From: Pseudonocardiaceae bacterium
GTDB taxonomy: Bacteria; Actinomycetota; Actinomycetes; Mycobacteriales; Pseudonocardiaceae
Assembly: GCA_050700355.1 (NCBI GenBank)
Contig: JBOHHE010000057.1
Coordinates: 24,163-88,162 of the forward strand
Direction: 5' to 3'
Length of the DNA stretch: 64,000 nt
In this document: one piece after another, positions 49,499 to 58,855 of the stretch
Numbering within the stretch: position 1 is the stretch's first letter
How the letters are laid out: the number at the start of each line of letters is the position of its first letter
Translations under genes and position numbers: made by a program
The notes under the pieces: model-generated
Database searches by the model: none
Told to the model about the DNA's origin: nothing
What the model saw: the letters and a program-made list of their open reading frames with translations, nothing else

Positions 49499-50695
49499 GT
49501 GAGCGAGGCAGACTTTGCAAAGCTGTGGACGAACCCGCGCGGAAGCCAGACCAAGGTCCGGGAACGGCCCCACCGGATCGTCGCACTGGAGCCCGCGCGG
49601 ATCACCGAGTGCCTGCTCGCCCTCGGTGTCGTTCCGGTGGGTTCCTCCACCTACGAGGACCTCCGTACCCTGCAGCGTGGCCACTGGCCACCCGCCTTGC
49701 ACGGTCACGTTCCCCATCAGGTCGCCGACGTCGGTTGGTACCACGAGCCGCCCGATGCCGAGCGTATCCGCGCGGTGAATCCCGATCTCATCCTCGCCCT
49801 CGGCGGGGACGAGGACCGGCGCGGCGAGGAGCGGCGACTTCGGAAGTCGCCGCTGGCGGGTGTCGCCCCGATGATCCTGCTGGCCGACCGGCGCAGCCCC
49901 GACGACCGGCCCGCATTCATCGAACGACTCCGCGACCTGGCCTGGTTGACCGACCGAGCAGACCGCGCCGAGACACTGATCGACGGCTATGAAGCGCGCT
50001 GTGCCGCACTCCGGCCTCTCGTAGCGGGAGAGCTGGTCGCCGCAGTGTGGTTCCGCGCCGGAAAAGTCGCGATCTACACCCGCCATCACACCAGCCAGGT
50101 GTTCACCGACCTGGGCATCACCGTGGAGGAACCGCCCGGTGAACCAGTGTGGCCCTCCGACACCTGCCCGCGGGCCCGTTTCATCGGCCATGACGGCCTT
50201 CACGGGTTACGCTCCCCCGCCTTCGTCTTCACCCAGCGCTACGTCGACGCCAGCGAGACCGCAGGGTTTCTGTCCGACCCCCGATGGGCTCAGCACCCCA
50301 CCGTCGTCGCGGGCAACGCACTGTTCCTGGGATGGCCCCTGCTCAACAGTGGTTACTTCAGCTCGCATGCCCAGCTCGATGCCATCGAGCGGCTGTTCGG
50401 TGTCACCGCAGTCGCCGCTCGGATCAGTCACACGGTCGTCCGGGTGGGAATCCGTGCCGCCCGAGGTCTGGCCAGCTGGTCCGTCCAAGGCCCCGCCCTC
50501 GACGGCGACGTGTGGATAGGAAGCCGGGGCGACCGGGTTCTCGTTCTCGACGCCGACAAGCAGCTCGGTCGATGCACGCTTGCCGGTGATCGGCAACTCG
50601 CTCTCCACAACTTCCGACTGTGGGTGGCGAACCGCGAGGGTCTGCACGAACACCTGCTCGTACCCGACTCGGTAGAGCTCGTACTCCAATCCTGA
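49499..50695 (+). CDS. periplasmic-binding-protein (FecB/BtuF type) like protein with C-terminal extension, no evident signal peptide
   Basis: RIVALEPARITECLLALGVVPVG and NPDLILA motifs of class III SBPs. GTG start. The last ~100 aa are unassigned. Confidence 0.6.
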   Translation: MSEADFAKLWTNPRGSQTKVRERPHRIVALEPARITECLLALGVVPVGSSTYEDLRTLQRGHWPPALHGHVPHQVADVGWYHEPPDAERIRAVNPDLILALGGDEDRRGEERRLRKSPLAGVAPMILLADRRSPDDRPAFIERLRDLAWLTDRADRAETLIDGYEARCAALRPLVAGELVAAVWFRAGKVAIYTRHHTSQVFTDLGITVEEPPGEPVWPSDTCPRARFIGHDGLHGLRSPAFVFTQRYVDASETAGFLSDPRWAQHPTVVAGNALFLGWPLLNSGYFSSHAQLDAIERLFGVTAVAARISHTVVRVGIRAARGLASWSVQGPALDGDVWIGSRGDRVLVLDADKQLGRCTLAGDRQLALHNFRLWVANREGLHEHLLVPDSVELVLQS

Positions 50696-50728
50696 CCTGT
50701 ATCCGCTGCGGCTCACTCGACCACTTCA

Positions 50729-52426
50729 TCAGCAGTTGGGTCGGCAGGCCCTACGTCCGATCGCTTCGAGCACGACCTCACGGATCTGCCGCGGATCCTG
50801 CGCTCGATACATCTCGCCGCCGGTAGCAGCACTCATCGCCGTGAGGGCGTCGGTATCCGCGTCGGCCCCGTACGCAATCGTGAGCAGGAGCACGGGACGC
50901 GCCGGATCATGTTCCGCTCGCAGTGTCGCGAGCAGCATTTCCAGCGTGATCCCGTCAGGGTCATCATCCTTGCCATCTGTCAACAGCACGACCGAATTGA
51001 CGCTGTCCGCACGCCAGCTTTCGCGCAATGATCGAACAGCAGCCAGCGCCGTGTCGTATAAGGCCGTTTCGCCGTTGGGTACCGCCTGGATCGACCCTAG
51101 GGCCTGCGCCAGCCGCTCCCTCCCGGTGGTGCCATCGGGGTTCTTGCCGAGCCGGATCACGGGCACCAGCTCCCGGTAGTCAACGCCGGGCGCCAGGTTC
51201 GTCGAGAAGGTCCACAGCCCGGCCTCGGTGTCGTCGGGGTAGAGCGCCAGGCCGTTCACCGCTACCTGAAGCGCCACGTCGAGTTTGCTGACCCCGCCGC
51301 CCCCAGGGGCCAGCGCCGCCATGGATCCCGAGACGTCGAGGACCGTGAGCAGACGCGACCCACTTTGAATCGACGTGAGGGCACGGATCGCCGTGTCGAT
51401 ACTCCCGGTGTCGGGCACCGCACCGACGTCGGTGCGAGCCGGATCGATACCGTCCACCGCGCTCAGCTGTGGACCCGCCGCCCCGCGTACGTCACGGAAT
51501 CCCGCAGCCTGCAGCCGCTGTTGCCCGATGTCACCAGTGAGCTGGTCGAGCAGCCGCTGCGCGCGGACCCGCTGAGCGTGCTCGGAGGAGAGCACGATGT
51601 ACGGGTAGTCCAGGGTGTAGCCCTCCTCGGGCAGGTAGACCACGCTGGCTCGACTGCGCGGACGTTGCGCGTTACGCAACCACACCTGCTGCTCCGTCGT
51701 CGGAACGACGCGAGCCGTGCCCTGGCGCAGAGAGGCCAGCAGCTGGTCAGACCGTTGACTGGTCCGCTCGGCGGCGCGTATCACGCCCGTGAGGATTGCT
51801 CTCGCGTCGGGCCGATCGGCGAGAGCCGACTGCAATCCGAGTACCAATCCCACCGTCGGCGCGGAGCGGTTGGGGTCGGCGAGGGCGAACTGGACCGGGC
51901 CGGCGGCGACGTCTGGGGCGGGCAGCAGAGTCTGGACATCCGGCTGACCGAGCTGCCCGGCCACATCCTCGGGCAATGCCACCACGATCGGCGAGCGGGC
52001 GACGGAGACATTGTTCTGTGGCAGTCCTCGGCCGATCGGAGAGCTCCGATTCACCCATACGGAGGAATCGGCGATCCAGACATCAGGGCGATCACCCTGC
52101 TCGGCCGCAATCGCGTCCGCGACCTCCGCGGGGTCAATGGCTGTTACGACGGGCGGTGCACAGGCACTCGTTTGATTTCCGGGAAACGTCGTGGCCACCA
52201 GATCGGCGACGACACCAGCGATCTCCGGCGCCGCGGAGACGTTCAACGGGCGGGTGGCCCCGTCACAGGGCACGTTCTCCTCAGCGCCTGTCGAGGACCA
52301 CACGATGCCGCCGAGCACTATTCCTGCTGCGGCGCAGGCCACCACCGCCGTCCGCAGTCGGCCGCGCGGGCCGCGACGCCGAGGACTCTCGTATTCCTGC
52401 GCCAGGGAACTGTTTCGATCCGTCAT
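50729..52426 (-). CDS. membrane-anchored substrate-binding-like + von Willebrand factor A domain protein
   Basis: N-terminal TM anchor and the MIDAS motif LDVSGSMA in the C-terminal half. The start overlaps the upstream MMPL stop by 4 nt. Confidence 0.75.
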   Translation of the reverse strand: MTDRNSSLAQEYESPRRRGPRGRLRTAVVACAAAGIVLGGIVWSSTGAEENVPCDGATRPLNVSAAPEIAGVVADLVATTFPGNQTSACAPPVVTAIDPAEVADAIAAEQGDRPDVWIADSSVWVNRSSPIGRGLPQNNVSVARSPIVVALPEDVAGQLGQPDVQTLLPAPDVAAGPVQFALADPNRSAPTVGLVLGLQSALADRPDARAILTGVIRAAERTSQRSDQLLASLRQGTARVVPTTEQQVWLRNAQRPRSRASVVYLPEEGYTLDYPYIVLSSEHAQRVRAQRLLDQLTGDIGQQRLQAAGFRDVRGAAGPQLSAVDGIDPARTDVGAVPDTGSIDTAIRALTSIQSGSRLLTVLDVSGSMAALAPGGGGVSKLDVALQVAVNGLALYPDDTEAGLWTFSTNLAPGVDYRELVPVIRLGKNPDGTTGRERLAQALGSIQAVPNGETALYDTALAAVRSLRESWRADSVNSVVLLTDGKDDDPDGITLEMLLATLRAEHDPARPVLLLTIAYGADADTDALTAMSAATGGEMYRAQDPRQIREVVLEAIGRRACRPNC

Positions 52427-55335
52427 CGCGAAATCTCCCCTCGTACCGAGGTCCGGGTGAGGAAGCGGACCGCCTCGTGGTCCAGGGCCTGTGTCAGGTA
52501 CCGGATGACAGTATTGATGTGGCTGCGCAGCTCATCGTCGGACATGATACGGGCAGCAGACACGACGACGCTGAAGACGCCGAACCAGATCCACCGCTTG
52601 TAATCCCGCCAACACTGCTCAAGCGGATATCCGGTGATTCCCCCCTCGACTAAATGGGCGTGGTAAGCACCCACCAAGTCCCACTCAGTAGCCCGTCGCA
52701 CCTCGGTGGGCAGCCGGCCGACGAGGTACGCCACGTCGATCAGCGGCGGGGCATGCATGACCAGCTGCCCGTTCACGGGGACTGCCTCGCGTCGACTCTC
52801 CACACCGGTGGTGAACGGCAGATCGAGGTGTAAGTCGGCATGGAGCAGGGCGCGATGGCCATGGTTGGCGCACACCCATCCCGCGAAGTCGCTCCGGTCC
52901 AGTGCGGTACCGATGGCGAACAACTCGGGTTCCAGTACAGTCTCCGGGCGGGACGTCAAGGAACGCCATGCATCGTGGTACAGCTTCTGCCACGTCCCGG
53001 CAGTCACCGGGTCGAGATGGTTCAGCCATGCCAGCCGGGCCAGCGCGGGGTCATCCCAGGTCGTGGCATGCAGCCGGGCCAGCTCGCGCACAGCCGGCAA
53101 GGCGTCCTCGGGCAATGGTGTCGGAACCGGCCCGCGCAGCTGTCCGAAAGCGGGTGCGTCACGGATGCCGAAGCGCCGGACGAAGCCGGCCAGTGCAGAC
53201 GGCAGCCACCAGCTCGCCGGTCCCAGCAGTCCCATCGTCGCAGGCAGAAGGATCGCCCGGATCACAGTCGCGTCGATCAGAATGGTGAATACCAAGCCGA
53301 GACCGATCATTTTGACAAAGCTGATGCCCGATAACGAGAATGCGCCGACAACGACGACGAGCAGGAGCGCAGCACTGGTGATGATAGGAGCGGTATGCTC
53401 CATCCCGGTAGCAACAGCCAGCGTGTTGTCGTGGGTACGATCCCACTCTTCCCGGACGCGGGAGATGAGGAACACCGCATAGTCCGTCGACAGACCGAAC
53501 GCGATGGCGAACATGAGGATCGGTTGGGTGGCCTCCACCGTGCCGGTCGGCGTGAAACCGAGCAGGCCGGACAGATGTCCGTCCTGGAATACCCAGACGA
53601 TCGCACCGAATGACGCCGACATCGACAAGACGCTCAGCACCACCGCGGCCAGCGGCAGCGCGACCGACCCGAAAGCAAGAAACAGGACGAGAAGTGTCAT
53701 GGCGAACATCGTCGCCACCATGAAGGGCAAGATCTTCCGCAGATTGTCGATCAGGTCCACCAACTCGGCGACACTGCCGCCGACCAACGCCTGGCCACCT
53801 GTCGGCGGCGTAGTGGCGCGGATGTCGGCCACCAGGCGACGCGACTGGGCCGGCTCCTCTTCACCGTAGGGGTGCCGCACGCTCACTCGCGCCGTGGCCC
53901 CTGCCTCGGCCGTGACCATGGCGGACGTGACCCCGGGCAGGCCCCGCAGCCTCTCGATGTACTCGCCCAATGCCACAGTTGCGGCAGGGCTGGGAGCGCC
54001 TGATAGGAAGGTGACGAGCACATTGATCGGATCCGGCTCACCACCCGGGAAGTCCGCAGTGAGCTGTTCGGCGACCTGGCGACTCTCGGTTTCCTGGGGC
54101 AGTGCCCGGTAGTCGATCTGACCGAATTGCACCCTCAGGAAGGGGAGGCCGAGCAGGAGCAGCAGCGGCACCATCACAAGTAGCACCGCAATCGGCCGCC
54201 GCATCACCGCCTTCGCGAACCGGAACCATGAGCCGGGGAGCTCCCGACTCCCCCGTACCCAGCCGGGCAGCACGGCGAGCGCGTCGATGCGAGGACCCAG
54301 CACGGCCAGGACGGCGGGCAGGATGGTCAACGCTGCCAGCACCGCGAGGGCCGTGATCGCGATTCCCGCCAGGCCGATCGAACGGAAGTAGACCTGCGGG
54401 AACAGCAGCAGGGTGGCGAGCGTGGTTGCGACGATGACTCCGGAGACGAGCACCGTGCGCCCGGTGGTCGCCAAGGTCTGGGCGATCGCGGCCGCAACCG
54501 TATCCTGCCGGCGCAGCTCCTGCCGGAACCGTGTGATCATGAGCAGCGCATAGTCCACCGCGAGCCCGAGCCCGAGCATGATGACGACGTTGACGGAGAA
54601 CACCGACACGTCGGTCGCCTGGGTCAAACCCCGGAGCAAGGCGAATGCGCCGACAATGACCACGGCCCCGATTACCAGCGGCACAGTCGCGGCGACGACG
54701 CCGCCGAGTAACAGAATCAGCAGCGCGAGCAGTATGGGCAGGGACAGGAGCTCGGCCTTCTGGATGTCGCTTCTGACCTGACTTTTGATGTCATAGTCAA
54801 TGGCCAGATCCCCGCCCACTTCGATGTCGAATCCCGTCGGCGGGCTGGAAAGCTCATCCCTTATCCGTTCGAACACGTCCTTCCGAGCGGACTCGTCCGC
54901 GCCGACGAGGCGCAGTGGCACGGCAATGCTGTGCCCGTCGGTGGAAACCAGCCGAGGAGAGCCAGTCGACCACGGCGTCTGGACATCGAGAACGTCCGAG
55001 GGCGCCAGCTGGGCCAGATCGTCCTCGACGGAGCCGCGGTACTCGGGATCGTCGGCCGTGAGGTCATTGCTCCGGTAGAGCAGGACCACATCCGGCTCTT
55101 CGCGCAGAAGATCCCTGTCTTCGACCTGATCGGCCTGGGCGGATTCACTGCCCGGATCGGAGAAACCGGCACCGGCCAGATCTCCGAACACACCGGAACC
55201 CCACCCGGCCGCCAGGACAAAGATCGCCAGTCCAGCGCCGAGAACCGACCATCTCAGCCGGCAGACGACATAGCCCCACGCGCTCAACATCTGCGATGTT
55301 CCCCCTCTCCCGCTGCCGCCCAGCGGCCGGTACAC
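52423..55335 (-). CDS. MMPL-family transporter fused to a C-terminal degenerate phosphotransferase (APH/EcKL-like) C-lobe
   Basis: A 12-TM MMPL body followed by ~225 aa containing LARLHATTW, LLHADLHLDL (in place of HGDxxxxN) and MHAPPLIDVAYLVG (in place of DxxxxxPxxDLA). Confidence 0.85.
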   Translation of the reverse strand: MYRPLGGSGRGGTSQMLSAWGYVVCRLRWSVLGAGLAIFVLAAGWGSGVFGDLAGAGFSDPGSESAQADQVEDRDLLREEPDVVLLYRSNDLTADDPEYRGSVEDDLAQLAPSDVLDVQTPWSTGSPRLVSTDGHSIAVPLRLVGADESARKDVFERIRDELSSPPTGFDIEVGGDLAIDYDIKSQVRSDIQKAELLSLPILLALLILLLGGVVAATVPLVIGAVVIVGAFALLRGLTQATDVSVFSVNVVIMLGLGLAVDYALLMITRFRQELRRQDTVAAAIAQTLATTGRTVLVSGVIVATTLATLLLFPQVYFRSIGLAGIAITALAVLAALTILPAVLAVLGPRIDALAVLPGWVRGSRELPGSWFRFAKAVMRRPIAVLLVMVPLLLLLGLPFLRVQFGQIDYRALPQETESRQVAEQLTADFPGGEPDPINVLVTFLSGAPSPAATVALGEYIERLRGLPGVTSAMVTAEAGATARVSVRHPYGEEEPAQSRRLVADIRATTPPTGGQALVGGSVAELVDLIDNLRKILPFMVATMFAMTLLVLFLAFGSVALPLAAVVLSVLSMSASFGAIVWVFQDGHLSGLLGFTPTGTVEATQPILMFAIAFGLSTDYAVFLISRVREEWDRTHDNTLAVATGMEHTAPIITSAALLLVVVVGAFSLSGISFVKMIGLGLVFTILIDATVIRAILLPATMGLLGPASWWLPSALAGFVRRFGIRDAPAFGQLRGPVPTPLPEDALPAVRELARLHATTWDDPALARLAWLNHLDPVTAGTWQKLYHDAWRSLTSRPETVLEPELFAIGTALDRSDFAGWVCANHGHRALLHADLHLDLPFTTGVESRREAVPVNGQLVMHAPPLIDVAYLVGRLPTEVRRATEWDLVGAYHAHLVEGGITGYPLEQCWRDYKRWIWFGVFSVVVSAARIMSDDELRSHINTVIRYLTQALDHEAVRFLTRTSVRGEISR

Positions 55336-55470
55336 GAAGCGGCGTCCACTTCTACTGAGGAGGCAATGCGCGGTGCAGATACATCATCTTGCCGACCCGC
55401 TCGGCGGGCGTGTAGCATAGTGATCAAGTCTTTCGAATCGTGGCCGATCCCGTGATTCCATGTGACCACC

Positions 55471-55498
55471 GACGGTGCACATATGACGGTGCACATAT
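55471..55498 (+). repeat. perfect 14-bp tandem duplication gacggtgcacatat x2 in the divergent MMPL/MFS intergenic region
   Basis: Copies at 55471-55484 and 55485-55498. They contain the gtgcac and catatg palindromes and lie about 80 nt upstream of the MFS start. Confidence 0.8.
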
Positions 55499-55577
55499 TT
55501 GGTCGCCAAACCGGGTCCGGAGCGGGCATCATCCAGGAACGGATGACGTACCTGCGTGAAGTCTGAGGGGGATTTGA

Positions 55578-57014
55578 ATGGCCGCCGCCCACGGCTATCT
55601 TCCTACTCTGACCTCCACCAGCAGGGTTCCGCCGTGGACCTTCCTGCTCACTGCGGTAGCCGCGTTCATGGTGGCGTTGGACAACCTGGTGGTGGTCACC
55701 GCGCTGCCGGCAATCGGGAAAAGTCTCGACTCCGGCATCGAAGGCCTGCAATGGACTGTCGGCGCCTACACGCTGACCTACGCGGTCTTCCAGCTGTCCG
55801 GAGCCGCCCTCGGTGATCGCTTCGGACGCCGAAGGGTCTTCGTCGTCGGCCTGCTGCTGTTCACCGTCGCGTCCGCGATCGCGGCGTTCGCCCCGAACAT
55901 TCACGCCCTGGTCGGGGCACGAGCCGGCCAGGGTCTCGGTGCGGCGCTGGTTTCCCCGCTGGCCCTGACAATCCTGGCCGGCGCCACCCCACGGACCAGA
56001 AGGGCCGCCGTGCTCGGCAGATGGACCGCCATCAGCGGAATCGCCATCGCCATCGGCCCGGTGGTGGGCGGCGCAATCGTTTCGGGTGCACGTTGGCAGT
56101 GGATCTTCTTGATCAATGTTCCGATCGGTGCCCTGCTGATCCCAGCCGCGTGGCTGAAGCTGAGCGAATCTCGCGGCCCGCACGGCAAGCTGGACGTTCC
56201 GGCAGCGCTACTGGCCAGCGGTGGTCTGCTTGCGCTGGTTTTCGGATTGATCAACGGCAATGATCACGGCTGGACCAGCTACCCGGTGCTGGGAGCGTTG
56301 GGGTGCGCAGTGGTGCTGCTCACCGCATTCGTGACCTGGGAGTCGCATACCCGCTTCCCGATGCTGCCCATGGTCCTGTTCCGCGCCAGGGGCTTCGCCG
56401 CGTCGGTGTCGATCTACCTGATGATGGCGTTCGGCCTGTTCGGCTCGATCTTCCTACTGACGCAGTTTCTGCAGCTGGAGCTGCACTACTCGGCGCTGGC
56501 GACGGGCTTGGCGATATTGCCGGCCGCGGCGATGCCGGCCGTGGTCGCGCCGCTGATCGGCCCGCTTGACCGGCGTATCGGTGGGCGCGCAACAGTGGTG
56601 ATCGCTCTCGCGCTGCAGGCGGCCGCGCTCGGCTGGCTCAGTGTGGTCTCCCGTTCCGGAGTGGACTATCTGGGGCTGCTGCCTGCCCTGATGCTGATCG
56701 GAATCGCCGCTGGCCTGTTCTTCGGCCAGGTGTCGCGGCTCATCCTCGCCTTCGTACCCCCGGGGTACGAAGGCATGGCCTCCGGTACGGGAACAACATT
56801 CCGCCAGCTCGGCACGACACTCGGAGTCGCGGTTCTCGGCGCCGTGTTCGCGGCGACGGGCGGCTACGCCGATGTCACGGATTTCAGCGCCGGCCTGGAC
56901 ATCGCGCTCAAGGTGGGTGCCGCGGTTTCCGCGGTGGCCGTGGCGATCGCACTGCTCGTGCCGCCGCTCGCGGACCGGGTGCGACCGGCCGCCCGAGCGG
57001 GAAGGGCAGCCTGA
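55578..57014 (+). CDS. MFS transporter, DHA2 (EmrB/QacA, 14-TMS) type
   Basis: The FMVALDNLVVVTALPAIGKSL motif and about 14 hydrophobic segments. Its stop overlaps the next start (TGATG). Confidence 0.85.
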   Translation: MAAAHGYLPTLTSTSRVPPWTFLLTAVAAFMVALDNLVVVTALPAIGKSLDSGIEGLQWTVGAYTLTYAVFQLSGAALGDRFGRRRVFVVGLLLFTVASAIAAFAPNIHALVGARAGQGLGAALVSPLALTILAGATPRTRRAAVLGRWTAISGIAIAIGPVVGGAIVSGARWQWIFLINVPIGALLIPAAWLKLSESRGPHGKLDVPAALLASGGLLALVFGLINGNDHGWTSYPVLGALGCAVVLLTAFVTWESHTRFPMLPMVLFRARGFAASVSIYLMMAFGLFGSIFLLTQFLQLELHYSALATGLAILPAAAMPAVVAPLIGPLDRRIGGRATVVIALALQAAALGWLSVVSRSGVDYLGLLPALMLIGIAAGLFFGQVSRLILAFVPPGYEGMASGTGTTFRQLGTTLGVAVLGAVFAATGGYADVTDFSAGLDIALKVGAAVSAVAVAIALLVPPLADRVRPAARAGRAA

Positions 57015-57583
57015 TGAGCGGCAACCGGCTCGACGTCGCGGTCGTGCACGGCCGGTTTCAGCCATTACACGTGGGGCACCTGGAGTACCTGCTGGCGGGC
57101 AAGAGCCGCTGCCGAACCCTGATAGTGGGTATCACCAATCCTGATCCCACCCAGGTAGCGGTGGAGACCACCGCCCCGCATCGAGCCGAGGAGTCAGCCA
57201 ATCCGTTCACCTTCTACGAGCGCCACCTGATGGTCGACGGCGCGCTCGGGGAGAACGGGGTGGCGCCCGAGGAGTTCCGGATCGTGCCGTTTCCACACAG
57301 CTTTCCGGAGCGACTGAAGTATTACGTGCCCGACGATGCGGCGTTCCTGATGACAATCTACGACGCCTGGGGTGAGGAGAAGCTCCGGCGCTTCACCGAG
57401 CTCGGCCGCCACTGCGAGGTGCTGTGGCGCAGCACCAGCGCGGTGACCAGTGGGACCGCGATCCGGCAACGAATCCGGCACGGGCAGCCGTGGGAACACC
57501 TCGTTCCCAGCGCGACGGCCGAGGTCATCCGGCGGGTTCCAGCAGACCGGCTTGGCGTGCAACCGGGAGTGAAACGTGGCTGA
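57014..57583 (+). CDS. cytidylyltransferase-superfamily nucleotidyltransferase (PhpF-like candidate)
   Basis: The GRFQPLHVGH (HxGH) motif lies at the N-terminus. 189 aa. Confidence 0.7.
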   Translation: MSGNRLDVAVVHGRFQPLHVGHLEYLLAGKSRCRTLIVGITNPDPTQVAVETTAPHRAEESANPFTFYERHLMVDGALGENGVAPEEFRIVPFPHSFPERLKYYVPDDAAFLMTIYDAWGEEKLRRFTELGRHCEVLWRSTSAVTSGTAIRQRIRHGQPWEHLVPSATAEVIRRVPADRLGVQPGVKRG

Positions 57584-58853
57584 TAAGATCATTCTGCTTG
57601 CCTTGTGCGGCGCCGCCGACCGTCCGGCGGACGGGCCTACCCCGCTCGATCAGGCCCGGTTGCCCCATTTGGACGCGCTCTCGGTGAGAGGTGCGCTCGG
57701 CACCCTCACCGTGATCGACAGCGACATCCCCCCGGAATCGGACTCCGGAGCGCTGGCCCTACTCGGTTACGAACCGATCGAGCACTACACCGGCCGAGGG
57801 CCGCTCGAGGGGTTCGGCAACGGGTTTCTCCGTCCCCGTGCCGACGTTTCGACCGTGTGCTTCCGGCTGAACATGGCCAGCTACGACGCCGGGACGCAAC
57901 GCTTCGACCGCCGGACCGCCCGCGACCTGTCCGATGTCGAACTACAGGGGCTGCTCGATGAGGTACGCACCGGCGTCTCGCTCGCCGACCACGACGCCGG
58001 CTTCGAGGTCATGGGTTTCGGGCGGCACCGCGGGGTGCTCGCCCTGCACAGCGCCACCCGAAAGCTGAGTGGAAACGTGACCAACACCGACCCGGAGTAC
58101 GACCGGGTCGGTGCCTTCGGCGTGCCGAGGCGACACCATGGCGATGGCCCGGTCCGCTGCTGCCCGCTCGACTTCTCGACGGCCAGCCGCGACACCGCGA
58201 ACCTGGTCGAGATCTTCCTCGCGCGCAGCGCGTCAGTGCTGGCCGCGAGTGAGATCAACCGCACCCGGCTGGCCAACGGCAAGCTGGCGGCGAACCAGAT
58301 CATCGTTCGGGACGGCGGCGACCGACTTCCCGAACTGCGGCCGTTTCGCGAGCTGCACGGCCGCACGCTGACGTTGTACGGCCAGGTACCTGCCGAACGT
58401 GGCCTCGCCCGGTTGATGGATGCCGCCTGGGTGGACTGTCGGCGCGCCGCGGAGATGAATGAGACCACCTACTATGCCGACCTGGCCGAAGCCGTGGCCA
58501 AGGACTCCGCAGACGTCGTCTACGTTCACGTCAAGGGAGCAGACGAAGCCGCGCACGATCGGGATTTCGACGGCAAGGTCACCGCACTCGAGCGGGTCGA
58601 CCAGCTGCTCATCGCCGAACTGCTGCCCCGGATGCGCCCGGTCGACACGTTGCTCGTGACCGGTGACCACGCCACTCCGTGGCGGGCAGGCATCCACACC
58701 GCAGATCCGGTTCCGGTCCTTGCCGTCGGTGGCGGTGTCGAGCCGGACGGATGCACCTCGTTCACCGAGACCGCGGCGCGCGCCGGCTCGCTCGGTCACC
58801 GCCGGGCCTGCGAGCTGTTGTCCACGGTGACCGCGTACCGAGCCGGACGGTAA
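57576..58853 (+). CDS. archaeal-type cofactor-independent phosphoglycerate mutase family protein (PhpG-like candidate)
   Basis: PESDSGALALLGYEP, TGRGPLEGFG and GDHATP...HTADPVP motifs. Overlaps the previous gene by 8 nt. Confidence 0.75.
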   Translation: MADKIILLALCGAADRPADGPTPLDQARLPHLDALSVRGALGTLTVIDSDIPPESDSGALALLGYEPIEHYTGRGPLEGFGNGFLRPRADVSTVCFRLNMASYDAGTQRFDRRTARDLSDVELQGLLDEVRTGVSLADHDAGFEVMGFGRHRGVLALHSATRKLSGNVTNTDPEYDRVGAFGVPRRHHGDGPVRCCPLDFSTASRDTANLVEIFLARSASVLAASEINRTRLANGKLAANQIIVRDGGDRLPELRPFRELHGRTLTLYGQVPAERGLARLMDAAWVDCRRAAEMNETTYYADLAEAVAKDSADVVYVHVKGADEAAHDRDFDGKVTALERVDQLLIAELLPRMRPVDTLLVTGDHATPWRAGIHTADPVPVLAVGGGVEPDGCTSFTETAARAGSLGHRRACELLSTVTAYRAGR

Positions 58854-58855
58854 CC

